Part shown: positions 37,301 through 52,300 of the stretch, one piece after another | How the letters are laid out: each line of letters opens with the position of its first letter | Position numbering within the stretch: position 1 is the stretch's first letter | Assembly: GCF_003918875.1 (NCBI RefSeq) | Contig: NW_025767048.1 | Location: 868,001-932,000 of the forward strand | Direction: 5' to 3' | From: Haliotis rubra | Lineage: Eukaryota | DNA: 64,000 bases | Notes under the pieces: generated by a model | The model's input: only the letters and a program-made list of their open reading frames with translations | Database searches by the model: none | Told to the model about the DNA's origin: nothing | Program-made: the position numbers and the translations under genes

Positions 37301-40300
37301 ACAGCACGTGACGTTATTTCAGGGATTCTTCGTGTGGATTATATTAACTTGCTGATCTTAAACAGTTTGCATACTACTTACCTTTCTGCTGATTGTTTGC
37401 ACAAAGGATTCTATGATTCATTCTTTTTCTTTCGGACATATGAAGAGTTAGATGAAATAAGATGCAAATATTTGATAAAGGGAAAACATCCTTGAAGGCC
37501 ACTAATTTCCTATTATACATATTACATTTGCAACTGAAAGTGACAAAAGTCGGATTATTTACTTACGCGATTTATCTCTGAATACGAGCGATATGTTCAT
37601 GGGATTAAGACTGTCGGTGTTTGACGTCATCACAATGGCCACAGGGGCACCAGTGGAACGCTTTCTTCTGGTGGTGCCGGGACAGAATTCCACCCGAATC
37701 TGGCATGAGTTGTCCTTCGTGCAATTCAGAGTGTTTGTCTTGGCAAGGAGCTGTGTTGTCAGAGAGGACTTGGTTTGTTCACTGCTGTCACAGGCTAGAG
37801 ATGGGTACTCCATCTGGTGTTGGATGGTGAAGCCACGGGCACTTGATACAGCTAAACCGAACATAACAGTGAGTGAGTGAGTTTTGTTTTATGCGACTTT
37901 TAGCAATGTTCCAGCACTATCACGGCGGGGGACACCAGAGATGGGCTTCACACATTGTACTCATATGGGGAATCGAACCCGGGTCCCAACAAGCGAACGA
38001 TTTGACCACTAAGCTACCCCACCGTCCCCCGAACATTACAAGATGTCACGTAGGTATGTGATTCACGTTATTTAGATCCCTGATATTTAACACTACATTA
38101 TATTTGATATTTAACACAACATGCACATAGATTGAGGTATCTTTCGTAATTTCAACTATAATATTCCAGTATTACGTTTGCTTCGACAAATAATCGGATA
38201 CAGTAAAAATATATTATATTTTTTTCCAGTTTTAGAATCATGTAAGTCGTGTGATTAAGCATAAAAATGAAACAAATACTTTTAAAAGTAATTTTTAAAG
38301 TAATAGGTTAAAGTAAATGTTAAGGATGACTACTAATAGAATATTAAGGTAAATGTCGATGACTTGTTTACTATCTTTATGAATCCACGTGAATTTATAT
38401 GAACTTTAGTCTCCAACGACGGCTCCTCGACAACAATTTCGTTGAAGACTTGACAACCGACACAGACACCTTCACCGACACAGATAACTATCGATTAAGT
38501 CCTTATGAGCTACACACCAGAGCAGGCTGGCAGCCTTGCATGGGGGTTGTCCTCTGTTTGGTGGGTCCACATATAGTTGGTCTCCCTTCCACACTCGTAC
38601 AGCGGCAGCACCGGCTTGATGAACATCAGATCATCCCGACACGAGATGGAACACTGGATCAGGTCGGCAGTCGTGTTGCAGTGAGTCTGGACACCGTATG
38701 ACCTCGGCAGGTGACTACAAGCTGAAACGGCATTGCAACCTGTACCAGGGTATCAGTGATAAGGATCTTGTTTGCTATTTGCAATTTGATGTTTGAATTG
38801 TGTTAATGGCGCAGACCTAGAGCAAGAATGTGTAGAATATTATCCGTGGTCAGTGTAAGAAGCCCGGCCATTTTAGTCTCGTTATGTCGGTCAAAGTTTG
38901 AACTATTAAATGGTTATTAAAAAATATAAATATCCTGACCAAGAGTGTTTGGATAAACATGTTTACAATTCTAAACTGCTTCAGATGATATTTTAAGAAC
39001 ACTTTTATAAACAGTATGCAGTATTGAATTCTGAACTATGTTGAATGGGTTGTAGGATGGTTCCTTGAATGGGCGAGAGTTCAGAGAAGCAAGTTTAAAC
39101 TCTGTATGGAAGTATTTTGAAAATACCTGTGGCCGATTGAACGTTTATAGTCACTTTTTACCTGGACACTCATGTGCATTACAATTTTCGGACAAGGTGT
39201 CACTTCCTGCACACGGTCTTCCATCTGGGTCAGGTGAGGGACTGTTACACTTCCGGTTCCGGGTCATCACTCCTCCCCCACAGGTCACGCTACATTCACC
39301 CCAGTCGGACCATAAACTCCACCCACCGTTAACTTAAAACAGAAACAGACTGCAGGTTTATACATTATATAACTCATAAACTGGTTTCAGTGAAAATTGA
39401 CTTCACGTCACACATATTATATCACATATTAACACCTATTTACTAAGCAACTATTAATTTGGTGGATTGTTATATTTGAAATTACATGAAAACGTAGAAC
39501 GTGTCCAAGAAAGGTTCTAAGAAAGATTGCATTGCAAAAAGTACTGAAGAGTAATAATTATCCGGAAAGAACATATGAATAGGCTATTAAAATGTTGTGA
39601 AAAACATTTATGAAAATAATAATAGTAACTCTTTTCAGTTTTTGTGGTGAGAACATATCTCCCCACCTATAACCTCTTCACATAGTTGTCCCCGGTACCC
39701 CTGTCCGCAGACGCATGTGTATTTGGAGTAGTTGTTGACACACCTGGCCCCGTGTTGACAGCTGTGATGTCGACAGTGGTCAGGAGCTACCTCACACTGT
39801 CGTCCAGAGTACCCATGTGCACAGTCACACCTGTACCTGCCCACCTCGTTCACACAGGTGTGGTTGCCACAAGGACTCGACAGACATTCATTAATAGCTG
39901 CAAAAAGAAAGATTACTCATCACAATCTTCACTTTGATTGATATTAGGATTTTGTGTCATACTCTTGTGTATCAGACTGATGTATTTCCCAGGCGAACGA
40001 GCACGGAATAGTTGGAATATTTTTTGCAAGGCGTTTGGAAGGACTCAAAATCAAAATCATTTTAAACTGCCATTGCAACTGTGTGTTTTTTCAATCAGTT
40101 GGGAGTTGAGGGTATCAAAAATGGGACATCATATGCAATAATTTGCAATTGTTCTCTTACAATCACAAGTGCTGGGTACAATTAATCCCTCGGCGTTGGC
40201 CTCCATGGAAGAGTCGCGTACATGAACGCCACACCCGGAACTGACCTCCCCCACCTCACCTCCGGTCAAAATCCGTCCAACAATGTTGAGGCTACTGATG

Positions 40301-43300
40301 GTAACTAAATGTAAACAAATGTGCAAAAGAATATTAGTAAGATGTGAGCGTCATTGCACTATAGAAATAATAATTATATCGGTTATATGTTGTTTAAGAG
40401 GCAAATGTCTGGAAGAGGCAAATGATGACGATAAGGTTCAAACAAGCGACCAGTATGTTCAGAAATTTAATTTGCCCTCAATAAACGTGTGTAGCATAAC
40501 AACCTTAAAATGAATATGTATGCTAAGTAAGCAATTTTGTCGTTTTTCGCGACTTCGGAATAATGTCTTTAAAAGAAAAACGAAAGTAAACATGTAGTGC
40601 AGAATAGTATAAACACTGTTGCAATCTGACCTTTTGTGTCGGAGGTCAATGAGACAGTACTTCCGTTTAAGACCATTGGTGAAGCAATGCTGGAAAGAAC
40701 TTTCGAGAACGCCTGTTTGCCGTCAGTAAAAACAGTGACCGTTTTCGTGCTTGTGTCAGCTGTTGTTATAATGTGCATCCAGTCATTTTTCCTCACAGAC
40801 AGACCTGAATCGACTGAGTCACTGAAACATGCCAATATTGGGTTATTTGAACAGAATTTCTGTGCCGTGGAACTGAACGCCACGTCCATGTAATGCACAG
40901 TTTGGTAGATTTGCTTGACCTTTGAGCTTGTGTCTCAAGAACATATGGACAGTAGAGATCCAGGTTTAGATCTTTAGCAACCCGTGATTGTCGTAAGAGG
41001 CAACCAAAGGGGATAGAGTGGTCATCGTATCTATCCCACCAACAGATATTGATGCTCGTGTATCAAATCAGACACGACTCTTTACAGACAGAGTGGAATA
41101 TTACTGATTGCAGCGTTGAACAACAAATCATCATCATATTATAATGAACGAAAGTGAGAGACTACGCTGACTGCATATTCGAAAAACGCCAGCCTCTCCT
41201 AACCCTCTTTTTTATAAAGGGCCATGCAATGACAACTAAACTTGTTTTCTAAGCGATACCACAATATTCAAGTTTACTGAACTGTTGTCATGAGATTAAA
41301 TCTCACCTGTTGACATCTTACCTTCCTATTCCAACCGTAATTGTATCCGCAATGTTGACATTGAAGCTTTCACCACCATGCCCGTCGGAAATCTTCACCT
41401 TCGAGCTACCATTTCCATGTATCTTTATCCAGAAATACACCGATAGGGACGTGAAATCACCCTTAATTGTTCCAAAATCGCCTAACGTAGATTTGTTGAC
41501 AGAGATATCGAAATCTGTAAAAGAAATAGGATGTAGTCATAACAGCACGTGTACCCTAATATTCAAAAGGTCATGGTAGCCATTACATCACAGGCGCTGC
41601 AATTCGCTGTTCTGTTTCAATCCGTTTATTGTAAATTTGAAACACAGATTCTTCTGGTTGTTTACTCATGGTTTGTCAGTAAACACCCAAGACATGCATC
41701 AGTTCTGGTTACCTTCCTGAATACGTTATGTCATGTAACTGAAATGTTTTTGTTTAACGGTTCGTTAAGTCTCATCATCTCACATTTTTTCTATGGGAAA
41801 TGTTTCTCCATCTTACCAACCGTTAGTTGTCTCTTCAAAGAGAAGATCAACCCAACCAACTCATATGATTGTATGTCTAGAAATGTACTTGCCTACACAA
41901 TTTGTGATGCTGTTTGTACCCTGATTCAGTGTTGACTGGCCCACTGGACACGATTTACATAATGTCATACCACGAATGTCTTGATAGGTCCCAACAGGAC
42001 AGGGGTTGCATGGTAAAAGACCGGACCGAGAAGACTGCCCTGCTTGACACATAGCTGCAGAACAAATACACACTTCAAAGACATGCCAAGTCTCAGTTCC
42101 TGTAAACACTGACGTATTCAATTCAGAACAAACAGAATCTCAGAAACGTTCATACAATATATATATTCCATATTATTCCTTCTCAATTACCTGTTCCTAT
42201 AATTACTGATATGAGTGATCTATGAAAAACACCTTGCAACAGGAGCAAAATCTTTCATTAGTAATCATGTAGTTAATATGATAATTTGTTCGGACTGCAT
42301 TGGTGTGATGACACAAGGTGTTAGCGCAATCTGCAATGTTGCATTTATCTGCCATGTAATTGTTACAGCGAAATGCGTGAAGCAAATGTTAGCACCAACA
42401 TGTGTAATATGAAGAAAGTCAGTTGTCAGCCTATTGGATTACATATACATTAACATGTCAACCAACCTAAACAGTCTTCCTTCTTTCTGCTTCCTGTGGA
42501 CCTCGTGGAAAAGCCATCTGGGCACCTCAAACATGTTGAAGCAAACCCACTATCTTGGTATGATCCTAAGGGACAATCAGTGCAATCGTTGGAAGTTTCG
42601 TTGAACATCGTTCCAGATGGACAACCGGCTGTTTGAAATTGTAATCACATTCAGATTCGAGGAAATGAAAATGTAATGACGATAAACAGCTGTAATATGT
42701 ATTTAAGGCTTTAATATCACTATCTGGTGTGTTTACCATGTTGGGCAAAACATGCGCATCACGTTCATGCCGTATTGTTGATTAACATGCGTATGGTTCC
42801 GCTTGATATTCCTCTCCATTCCGGCTAAAGAACTCTTTCAAGAAGGGACACGTTGGAGGCTGCAGGCTCTCTGACTTATTGTCTCCGCCTAAAAAACGTC
42901 TGCAGATGATCTAATGCGGGCATGTCAGTGGACCAATCAGGACAGACAGCCTACTGTCCATAGTGCCTCACCGGTGACGACCTGTCGTCTTGCATTTCAG
43001 ACTATGCCGCCTGTGGTAAGCTGGTTAGTGTCACACCTTTCTTTGAGATACTGTCTCGGAGGGCTTTTGAAGCGTGTGCTTTGCTAAAGTGCATCGGTGA
43101 TTTTGAACTTACCACTTTGGTATCTGTGTGCACGTGCATCATGTACTGTTCACGCATCACGTGAAATTATATTGTTAGTTGATGTTGTGTTCACAGTATT
43201 GTAATTGTATACCTCAACGATAGCCTCAATCACTTCCCTTAGTTTTGTTCCTAAGTATATATTTTATGGTTACAAAATTCATCATTCTTTGATCATTATT

Positions 43301-46300
43301 TCTATGCATAATGTTTTAGGAGTACATGTGTTGATGAAATGTGAAAAAATATAATTTAACTGTTCTGCACTTGAGTAGCATGTTCTTATCAAAACGTTTT
43401 TTCAAACATCAGTGGACTGACTACAAGACGGAAAATTGCCTTCATGAAAGCCTATTCTGCAAATCTAGAAACTAGTTGGAACTGGAATTTCAATCAGTAT
43501 TCCAATATTGCACAATAAAACACTAAACACTTACCACACGAAGCAGTGCGATAATTTGCTATCATGCCCTTCCCACAGAGAAAATTTGGAATGCCAGGAG
43601 CAAAGGAATCATCCTGCAGTTCTAGCCCTGGAACTCCAACATCGAGGCTTTTAGACTGAACAGCATTATCTATTGCAGCCTTGATTCTGTCGAATGAAGC
43701 TTCGCATGACTTGACGGTAACGCTGGAGTTTTGCCCGTTCTCTCTGTATGGCAATATGACGTTAAATTCAACTCTGACGTTGACTTTGGCGGCACGTTTA
43801 CGGCGAGATGTTTTACCGCATTTCACGCTGACGAACTCGGCCCTGCAGTCTGGGACAGTTCCACCACATTCTTCCTTGAACAAAGGATTGGCCTTGAGCA
43901 TCTTGATGAAGTTCTCCCTAATCTGTTGGTTTGCTGTGGCATCAGGACAGTTACCACTGTAGTAATACAGCTCGGATGGCATCATCATGGATCCAGGGCG
44001 TCGCTTCACTAATGAAATCATACATGGTCTTATCAGGTATTTATCCATGAATTACTTAATATATCGGAACAATTAAATTGTTTTATTTCACTCTGCTGTC
44101 GACACTTCATACCGGATCTAATGCCCCAAGACCATGATAGTTTTTGGAGTTTTTCTGTAATCTCACGTCACTCATTCCTACGTCAATCATGAATTCAATG
44201 ATTAATTGAAGAATTAAAAAGTTGGAAAAATCCCTTTGAACCAGATGCAGAAATTCCCTTTGAACCAGATGCAAAGGATATTAGTTATATATATTCTAAT
44301 CTTTACTCTCAGCAAGATAACACGATGAAGCACATGTTAACATACCAGTACAGTCCTGAATGTCGTCACTGGGGCGCCAAGTTCCGTCTGATTCTCCACA
44401 AACATACTGGGCGGGCACTTTTCTCGGCACATCGAACTTCTCATTACACTGCATCTGGCACATCTTCCCATGATTCCATCGATCACATGCTAGGGCGCCA
44501 TTCAAAGGTTGCCTGAGGTCCGGGCAGTTGTTGACTGACGGAAAACAAGCAGTGAAGGGACTAATTCAACAAACAATTGAAAACCAGATGCAGGTCTAAC
44601 AATTTCAAGATACTGAAGCAGCTGGGAACTTATTTCCATAATTAACTGGTTGACCTCAACAATATCTACCTATTTTCAGCTTTGATCCCAATTTTTGTCT
44701 AGCGTGGCATGACTTCCAGATTTAGAGAGTCAATTTCGTACAACATAAAACAGAAATTTCCAAGTCATATTTCCATGTGTTGTAAAGTCATTTAAACCAC
44801 CGCTTTTTTCTACTCTTTGTCTGACAGTGGTGAACCCAAGAATCATTACAAATGGTTACTAATACTTCAACTAAATCAACTATGTCTGCTTCAGAGCAGC
44901 ACCCATTCTTATTAGAGATGATGAACTTGGATCGTTTCTGTTCAGGAGTCAGAAGACTTGGAACATGGCGATTTAAAGCCTTGATCAACATCAGTTTATC
45001 CCTGTCCCATGAGACAGGACTGCTGTATTGGATACGTGGTATATGGTGAGTTCTCGATCATCTTTAGTCAAAAATTGTATTTTATCAAAATGACATTTGA
45101 AGGAATTCGTAATGTTAGATTATTTTAAAGCCCCGCTATAATAACTCCATTGTCTTGAAGATGAAATGTCATCACCATCAGTCTGATTAGATTGTATTCA
45201 CATATACCCATTTCATCGGGTACCCAAAATGTTTGGACCTAGTAAACAACAAAATACCTCGACCTTCATTTCCAAACCATTGTATATCAGACAATCGCCA
45301 TGGACAATCATTGTGAGGTATAACACAAGGGTTTACCGGCTAACAGTATAATTACAACAAATACCTCTATTACTCACTTTTACAGTAGGGTTCAATAGTA
45401 TCAGCTGGCCATGTCCAGTGAACTCTTGGGGGCGTTCAGAACCAGGTCTTTCATCGCACAAAATCCTGCTTGAACCCTCCAATGGGTAGCCAGACTTGCA
45501 GGACATTGTGCAGGTGTCTCCATAGGTCATGCCATCAGAACATGAGTACAACAGAAGATCTCTTCCAGACTTGTCTAATTTGGGGTCGTCACAAACAAGA
45601 CCTGAAGTATAATGAAAAATTCACAATAATTTCTTTGGGTATTTCAAATTACATTGTGTTGTTGATTGGCAGTTAAGCATTTACATGCTCTGTGATAATC
45701 TATGATTTTACACCGTTTCCTACATTTGTTATTGGCGTATAATATTTCACGTCATGATACGGCAAAGATAGTGATGATGTGACATTTTTTATTCACTCAC
45801 TCACTCAAACTACTAGAATAAACTAGTAGGGGTAAATGATAAATGACTTTATGATAAATGTAAAAAAACATTTTCAAAAAAATTTCACATTTCCAAACAC
45901 ATGCTGAAACATCAACACGTTAGATCGAAATATGACCAAGAATGAAACCCCTCTTTGAATAATCAAATTAGATCCTTGTGGGAAAAGCAATTATGTCTTA
46001 ATCCATGTTCCTAAGAATGAACTATCATTTCGTTTATCAGGTATGCACTCACTTTGGATTTTAACTGTGAAGCTGCAAGATGCTGTGTTTCCGTCTTGAT
46101 CAGTAGCAACAACACGGACAGGAGTTCGACCAGGAGAGAAGACAGACCCGGAAGACGGAGTGCTCTTCACTGTTGGGGCTACTCCAGAGTTGTCCTTGGT
46201 TGCTGGGTCTGCCCAATGAACCATCCTTGCACCACCTTTTTTCTCAGCATACTTTTCAACGTCAAGGGGACAACCATCAACAAACTCTGGTGGTTTTGTA

Positions 46301-49300
46301 TCTAAACACATCAGATAGTAACTTAATTTGTTGCACTAATGTACACACATTGGTGGGAGTTTGATGAAGTACAGTAAACGATACATACGCTTAAAAGGAA
46401 ATCTAAGAAACCACTAATTTCAGTTAGTTATAGCCGTAGTTCTTTATATGCATGTTGATTAAACCATACAACACGTGGTCAGTTCATTATATGCGTAGTA
46501 TTATAATACTTTGTAATATTGTTCATTTAATGAGGGCTAACGAATATTTATCGAGTTATACATTCCTTGAGCTGAGTACCAATGCAGTTTCATGGAAACG
46601 ATACGATGTTACTAATATAATATAAGCGTCTGAATCGACCTAACCTGTGGGTATTGTGCATACCTATGCATTTTCCAGGTAGTGAGAACTCTCCCTTCTT
46701 GTTGCAAATGACCATTGATGGTCCTTCAATTGAGAAACCCCTTTTGCAAGATAGTGTACACAAAGTCTTGAATGTTGGCGGATTCCCCATGCAATAGACA
46801 TTTCCGTTCGTCACATTTGGTATTGTCGGACACTCCTTTTCTGTAAAATACTAGTACATTTTACTTACATATACGTATCCTGCTTTGTACAATTTGCCTC
46901 TAACCTTTCATATCCATAAACCTCAAAGTGAAAACAGCTGAAAATAGCCACCAATTTGGGGTACAATTCCTTCGATCTTTCTCTTACTTCAGTTGAACAC
47001 GAAAGACATAGCCATAATATGGCCCAATCAGCTTGAACCAGCACAAAGAACTAGAGAACCTAACTTAATAAAGCTTTCCGGTCGTGTTTAATTCTACCTC
47101 GTCATAGGTATGAAATCACTATGGAGTCACGTGAGAAGAGACCGCGTGCTTAATCTTTTTCATTCTTTTTCGAGGTGAGCAGACGCTGTTCACCTTTCTT
47201 CATATAAAGCGGTAGATGAACTCAGAACCTGGTTCATCTAGTTCGTTATTTTCTTAGTTTGTTGAAACTATCGCGTGCTTAATCTTCATTTTTTAAAGCT
47301 GTGAATGGACACATATCCACCACAACATACTCAATCCAAAATGGGAGGGTACATAATACCGGGTGGGCAGATGACTCCTCCGTTCCTGAACTATAACTCG
47401 GTAGAACTACAATCAAAGTTCACCTTACAGGTAAGTCTCGTTTGATTTATCAATTAATCGTGCATGTGAGAAACTGCCGAATCGTTATGTTAGATAGCTT
47501 TCACATGTTTGGGGTTTACAGCTAACCTGTACACTCGAAAGTAGCACTCCATTTCTCCTTGTCACAGACTGACTCAGTCACATTATCTGCCTCGTATCCC
47601 TCATCGCAGTACAGCTTACAGGTTGACCCAGAGATCTCTCTCTTGTCGCACTCCACTCGCCCTGTGCTCGGCCAGTGGATCGGGGAGCATCGTTGCACTG
47701 GATTTATAATATATTACAATCACTTTATTAAAGATGGTTTTTTTGTGTGAGCCATGACACGTCAAGGAGAAAGAACTGGGAATTATTAAAAATCAAAATC
47801 TGTATAGCGGAAGAAGACCAAATCCTTGTCCTAAAAATTATTTATTTCGTTTAGAAATGATTTGTGTACACATTCTACGTTTAATCATGCAAACAGTTAG
47901 AATTACTTTAACCAAGACATAATATCTACAGTAAATTAGACCTTAGTTTGAGCAAACCTTTTACTGTGAATTGTATGCTACAAGATGCAGAAAGCCCTCC
48001 TTTGTCCACGGTCTTGTATTGTATGAAATGGGTACCTTCGTCAAACACACTTCCAGGATCTTTTCCCATTATCTGTTGCACTCTTTGAGTTATGAAATGT
48101 TAAGAGGGTTTAAGTTATATATTACAGATTCAAATACAAATTTAGCAGATGAGGTACGGGCGGTCCTGTTATAGTCAAGCTGCACAGGCTCACCCTGATA
48201 CTTTAACAGCCAGACTGGCCATTCCCATAATCAGCTTCAATCCCTTACCCCTCTATCCAGAGAGTGAATGACATGAACGCCCTATCTATTTGGTCCAACA
48301 AAGAACGTTTCGGGGAATATAAAGACTCCACAGCACTGCAGCCTTCTGCATTAAACCGTGTCAAAAGGGATGTGACAGCATATTCACAACCGTCTGCAGG
48401 AAATAATTTCTAAACTTGAGACATCCAAACAGTAGCAATGTGATATAGATGAGGCCTTTAACTATTTTGATATGTTTTTAAAAGAAATGCACGACTATGA
48501 CGGCACTATGGAATGCTATGTGCAAGGCAGAGTGCTGTTGGTGTCGGAGTCGTGGTCGGACACGTCTGGAGTTGAAGGCTGAGTGTGTGCACACCCGGAC
48601 AGTGTTTGACAAAGCCGTTTAGCAAGCCAAGCGGATGTATAGGGAAAAGACCCTGCAAGACGTTGAAGAAATATGTCAATCAAGATCAAGTGAGTTTTGG
48701 AAGAAGATCGGCAAGGCTGGTGTTGGAAGTGCAAGAAGAAAACAGATTCCTATGGAGGTGGTTACTGAAGATGGATCGATATCCAGAAATAAGCCTGTTG
48801 TTTAGACACATGGACTGCAGCATACTCCACCCTTCTTAACAATAAAGTCGATGGAGAGGAAGGCAGTCGTTACAAACGTCAGCCCCCGCCTTAATAACGC
48901 AATAACACTTCAGGAGATACGCCATGTTCTACTCCAAGCCCAAAAAGGTAAAGCACGATGGCATACAAGTGGAAATGCTAAAGAATGAAGAAGCTCTCAC
49001 GTTTCTACACAATTCCTTTAATCTGTGGTTTAGAAATAGGAAAGTTCCAACTGGATGATCGAAAGGAATTCTCAACCCCATACTAAAGTCATATACAGAT
49101 GATCCTCGCGACCCTTTGTCATACAGAGGAATAACACTAGCACGTTCGCCTTACAAGCAATACTGTGGAATTTTAAACAATGGGCTTTCTGGGCATGTTG
49201 AAAACCGTGATATACTAGATGATGAGCAGAACGGCTTCAGAAGAGGAAGATCAACCATAAAACATGTATCAGCTATAGAGACCAGGAAAAGTATTGGCCA

Positions 49301-52300
49301 ACAGACATTCGCAGCTTTCGTGGACTTTAGGAAAACTTACGACTGTATAGATAGAAGTATTCTATGGAAAACGTTGCAGAATATTGGAATTGAAGGGAAA
49401 ATGTCTAATGCCACCGTTTCGCTTTACCATAATGTAAAGTCATACGTGCGGATAAGCGGGTCAAGTACGCCCTGGTTTCGGGTCAACAGTGATCTACGTC
49501 AAAGATGTCTGCTTTTTCACTCCTACTATTCAACCTGTACATCAACAACCTGATATCAACCCTAACGCCTCTGACATCGGCATACCTGTTGACGACAAGA
49601 GCATAAGCGTCCTAGCCTACGCCGATGATATCATTCTACTGGCCTTGATCGAAGTTGACGTGAATACACTTCTAGAGGGACTCAGTCAGTGGTGCCAGGT
49701 AAACAAGATGTCTGTCAACCCAGAGAACACAAAGGTCATACATTTTAGAAGCCAAGCAGTAGAAAGAACAGATGTGATATTTCAGTGTTGAGACAAGATC
49801 TTAGAGATAGTATAAAGCTACAATTACCTCGGCCTGCTCTTGACAGAGCATATGAACTACACCCGGATGGGAAATGCAGTGGTAGGTGCAGCAAGCAGGG
49901 CATTAGGACTCCTCATATCAAAGTGTAAAATCCTAGGAGGCATGCAGCACAAGACTTTCACCATGCTTTACGACTCCATGGTATGGGCTACTATCGACTA
50001 CGGTGCTGCAATATGGGGAACTTATCATATCCCAGCCATAAACGTTGTTCACAACCGAACTATGACGTACTAATGGGCGTGAGGAAGTTTACGCCGAAGA
50101 GTGCTGTATCAGGTGATATGGGATGGGTGCCACCGGTTGTCCGGCGATGGAAGAGTGTTGCTCGATTTTACAAGCGATCATGCGATCAGAACCCGAACAG
50201 ATTATCTTCTAATGTGTTCAAATGGGCCCATTCTAAGTCTGTGCCTAGTAAGCGGAACTGGCATCAACGTGTACACAGGAAATTTAGAAGTTTAGATCTT
50301 GAACATTTTATCCCAATTGGAAATACGTTTAACATACGCTTTTTAATATCAGAGTTTGAACAGAAAGTGATGCAAAACTTTTTACAGGAGTGGAGTGTTG
50401 CAGTCAATCAGGAGAACAGTAACCGGTCAGGACGGGAAGAAAAGTTGCGACTGTATGGTAACAGTCCTATGGAGTTGAGCCGCATCTACAGAGTGACCTC
50501 CCTTGGTCGTATCGCCGAGCACTGGCAATGATCCGCTTTGGAGTCGCCCCGCTACGTGTTGAGACAGAACGATACACCAACATGACCCTGAACCAACGTG
50601 TGTGTTTTAATTGTAATGAGTGCGTTGAGGGTGAATGTCATGTTTTGTTCCAATGCCTACTTTATTTTGAGGTTACAAACAGTCTTTTAGTCAAATATGA
50701 AGAAATATGTTATAATTTTAAATGTTTGAGTATCATGTCCGAGGTTGAGATGTTTTATTTAGCAGCCAAAACCTGAAATATTTTATTGGAAAAACGGCAA
50801 GGTATTTTATGTCATTGTGGGTAGTCCTTTTTCTAAGAGTTTTTATATATAAAGTTGGATTTGGAAGCATATTTTAATACTGCAGATGTGAATTGTGAAC
50901 ATTGTCCCTCAAGGAATCAAAAGGATTTTTGACTCAATATCCTTATCTACACCAATGTCATCTATTGTATAAACTTTGCACTTTATTATGCACTTTGAAT
51001 ACGACTATCGTTTATCACGTCTTCTGCCTACCCTTTGCTGCCATCTTCTGGATCTGTAGCAGTAGGTGGAGACCAAGTCACATGTGCTGTCGTCGCACCT
51101 GTCTCTGCTGTCACATCACTCACTCGTGGACACGTGATCGTTGGAGGTGTGTTTGGCGGGGAGCTCTCTGTCGTGAAACATCGTAACTGATAATATGGAC
51201 ATGTTTGTTGTTTTCTTTAAGTTGGGGGCTTGTGATTTCGTTAAAAACCCTGTATGTCAGAATACTGACATAGAGAAAGACCGCATGTGGACAGTGGTAC
51301 ATTCTGTTCATATAATGTTAACTAAATGACACAAAACATGCAATTCTTTTACAGAGATCTAGAAACAGTGTATATACGTTTACAAATCGGCACAATATCT
51401 AAATATTGAGATTAAAACGAACAAAACCTTCAGAATATAATTATCAGGATCTTACTTTCGCAAACAAACATGCAGACGGCTTGTGCTATTCCTGTAATTA
51501 GTCCAGTTACTGCCCCCATTATTGGCGCTACATACTGGATTTGACGTTTGTGTCTGGTTATAGCATTGTGTTTCAGGTCGTCGTGTGCTGAAATAATGTA
51601 TCACACGGTCATTATTACCATGCAAACTCAACAATATGGCAACCAGGCATATTATTTGTGTGTGATAATACATGTATAATTACTCTTTTTGTCTCAACAT
51701 TCTATTTAGTCAGTTTGTATTTCTTATTAACGTTCAGTTACGAAAATGAATCACCGTGTGTCCACGTGGTATCTTCGTTACATAGCATGACTCGCATGGT
51801 TCCTGGAAATCTACATTTGGTTCCTGGAAGAACACTCTTGGTAACGGAGTCGGTTTTAGGAAACACATCCTTGTCACAAGACCCATCAAACGACTCTGGC
51901 AAACTGCATCCAATATATGTAGCCTGTGTAATCAAAAGAAAACAAAAACGTCAAATTTAGCTTACCAAATTCTTTAGTGAAATCCTGGGACCATTTTCGC
52001 ATAAAGGCGGGACCGGTTAGACTATAAATAGATGAACGTTTGTATTTAAAAGTTTCATTAAGGTTAATCTACATTCATCGACTATCATAACTGCTCTGTT
52101 TAGGTGCTTAAGAGATTATGAATCGTAATCTGAATAACAGGTTCAGAATATACAGCATATAAAACAATATTTTTATATACGTGCCAATTTCAGTTTAATG
52201 TTACACATCTGTGTTATTATGTAATGATTTCAAATATTCCCTTCGTGAGGTCAAATGGTAAGATGGAATGTATCATACCTGAGTGATATTTGTATGAATC

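Noticed and set aside
42780-43430. Possible TE or nested gene in a D intron
   Set aside because: No recognisable motifs, termini or open frame that I can support.
48249-48393. Open AG..GT segment as an extra D exon
   Set aside because: No domain similarity, and 51167-51032 already supplies the first HYR half in the same phases.
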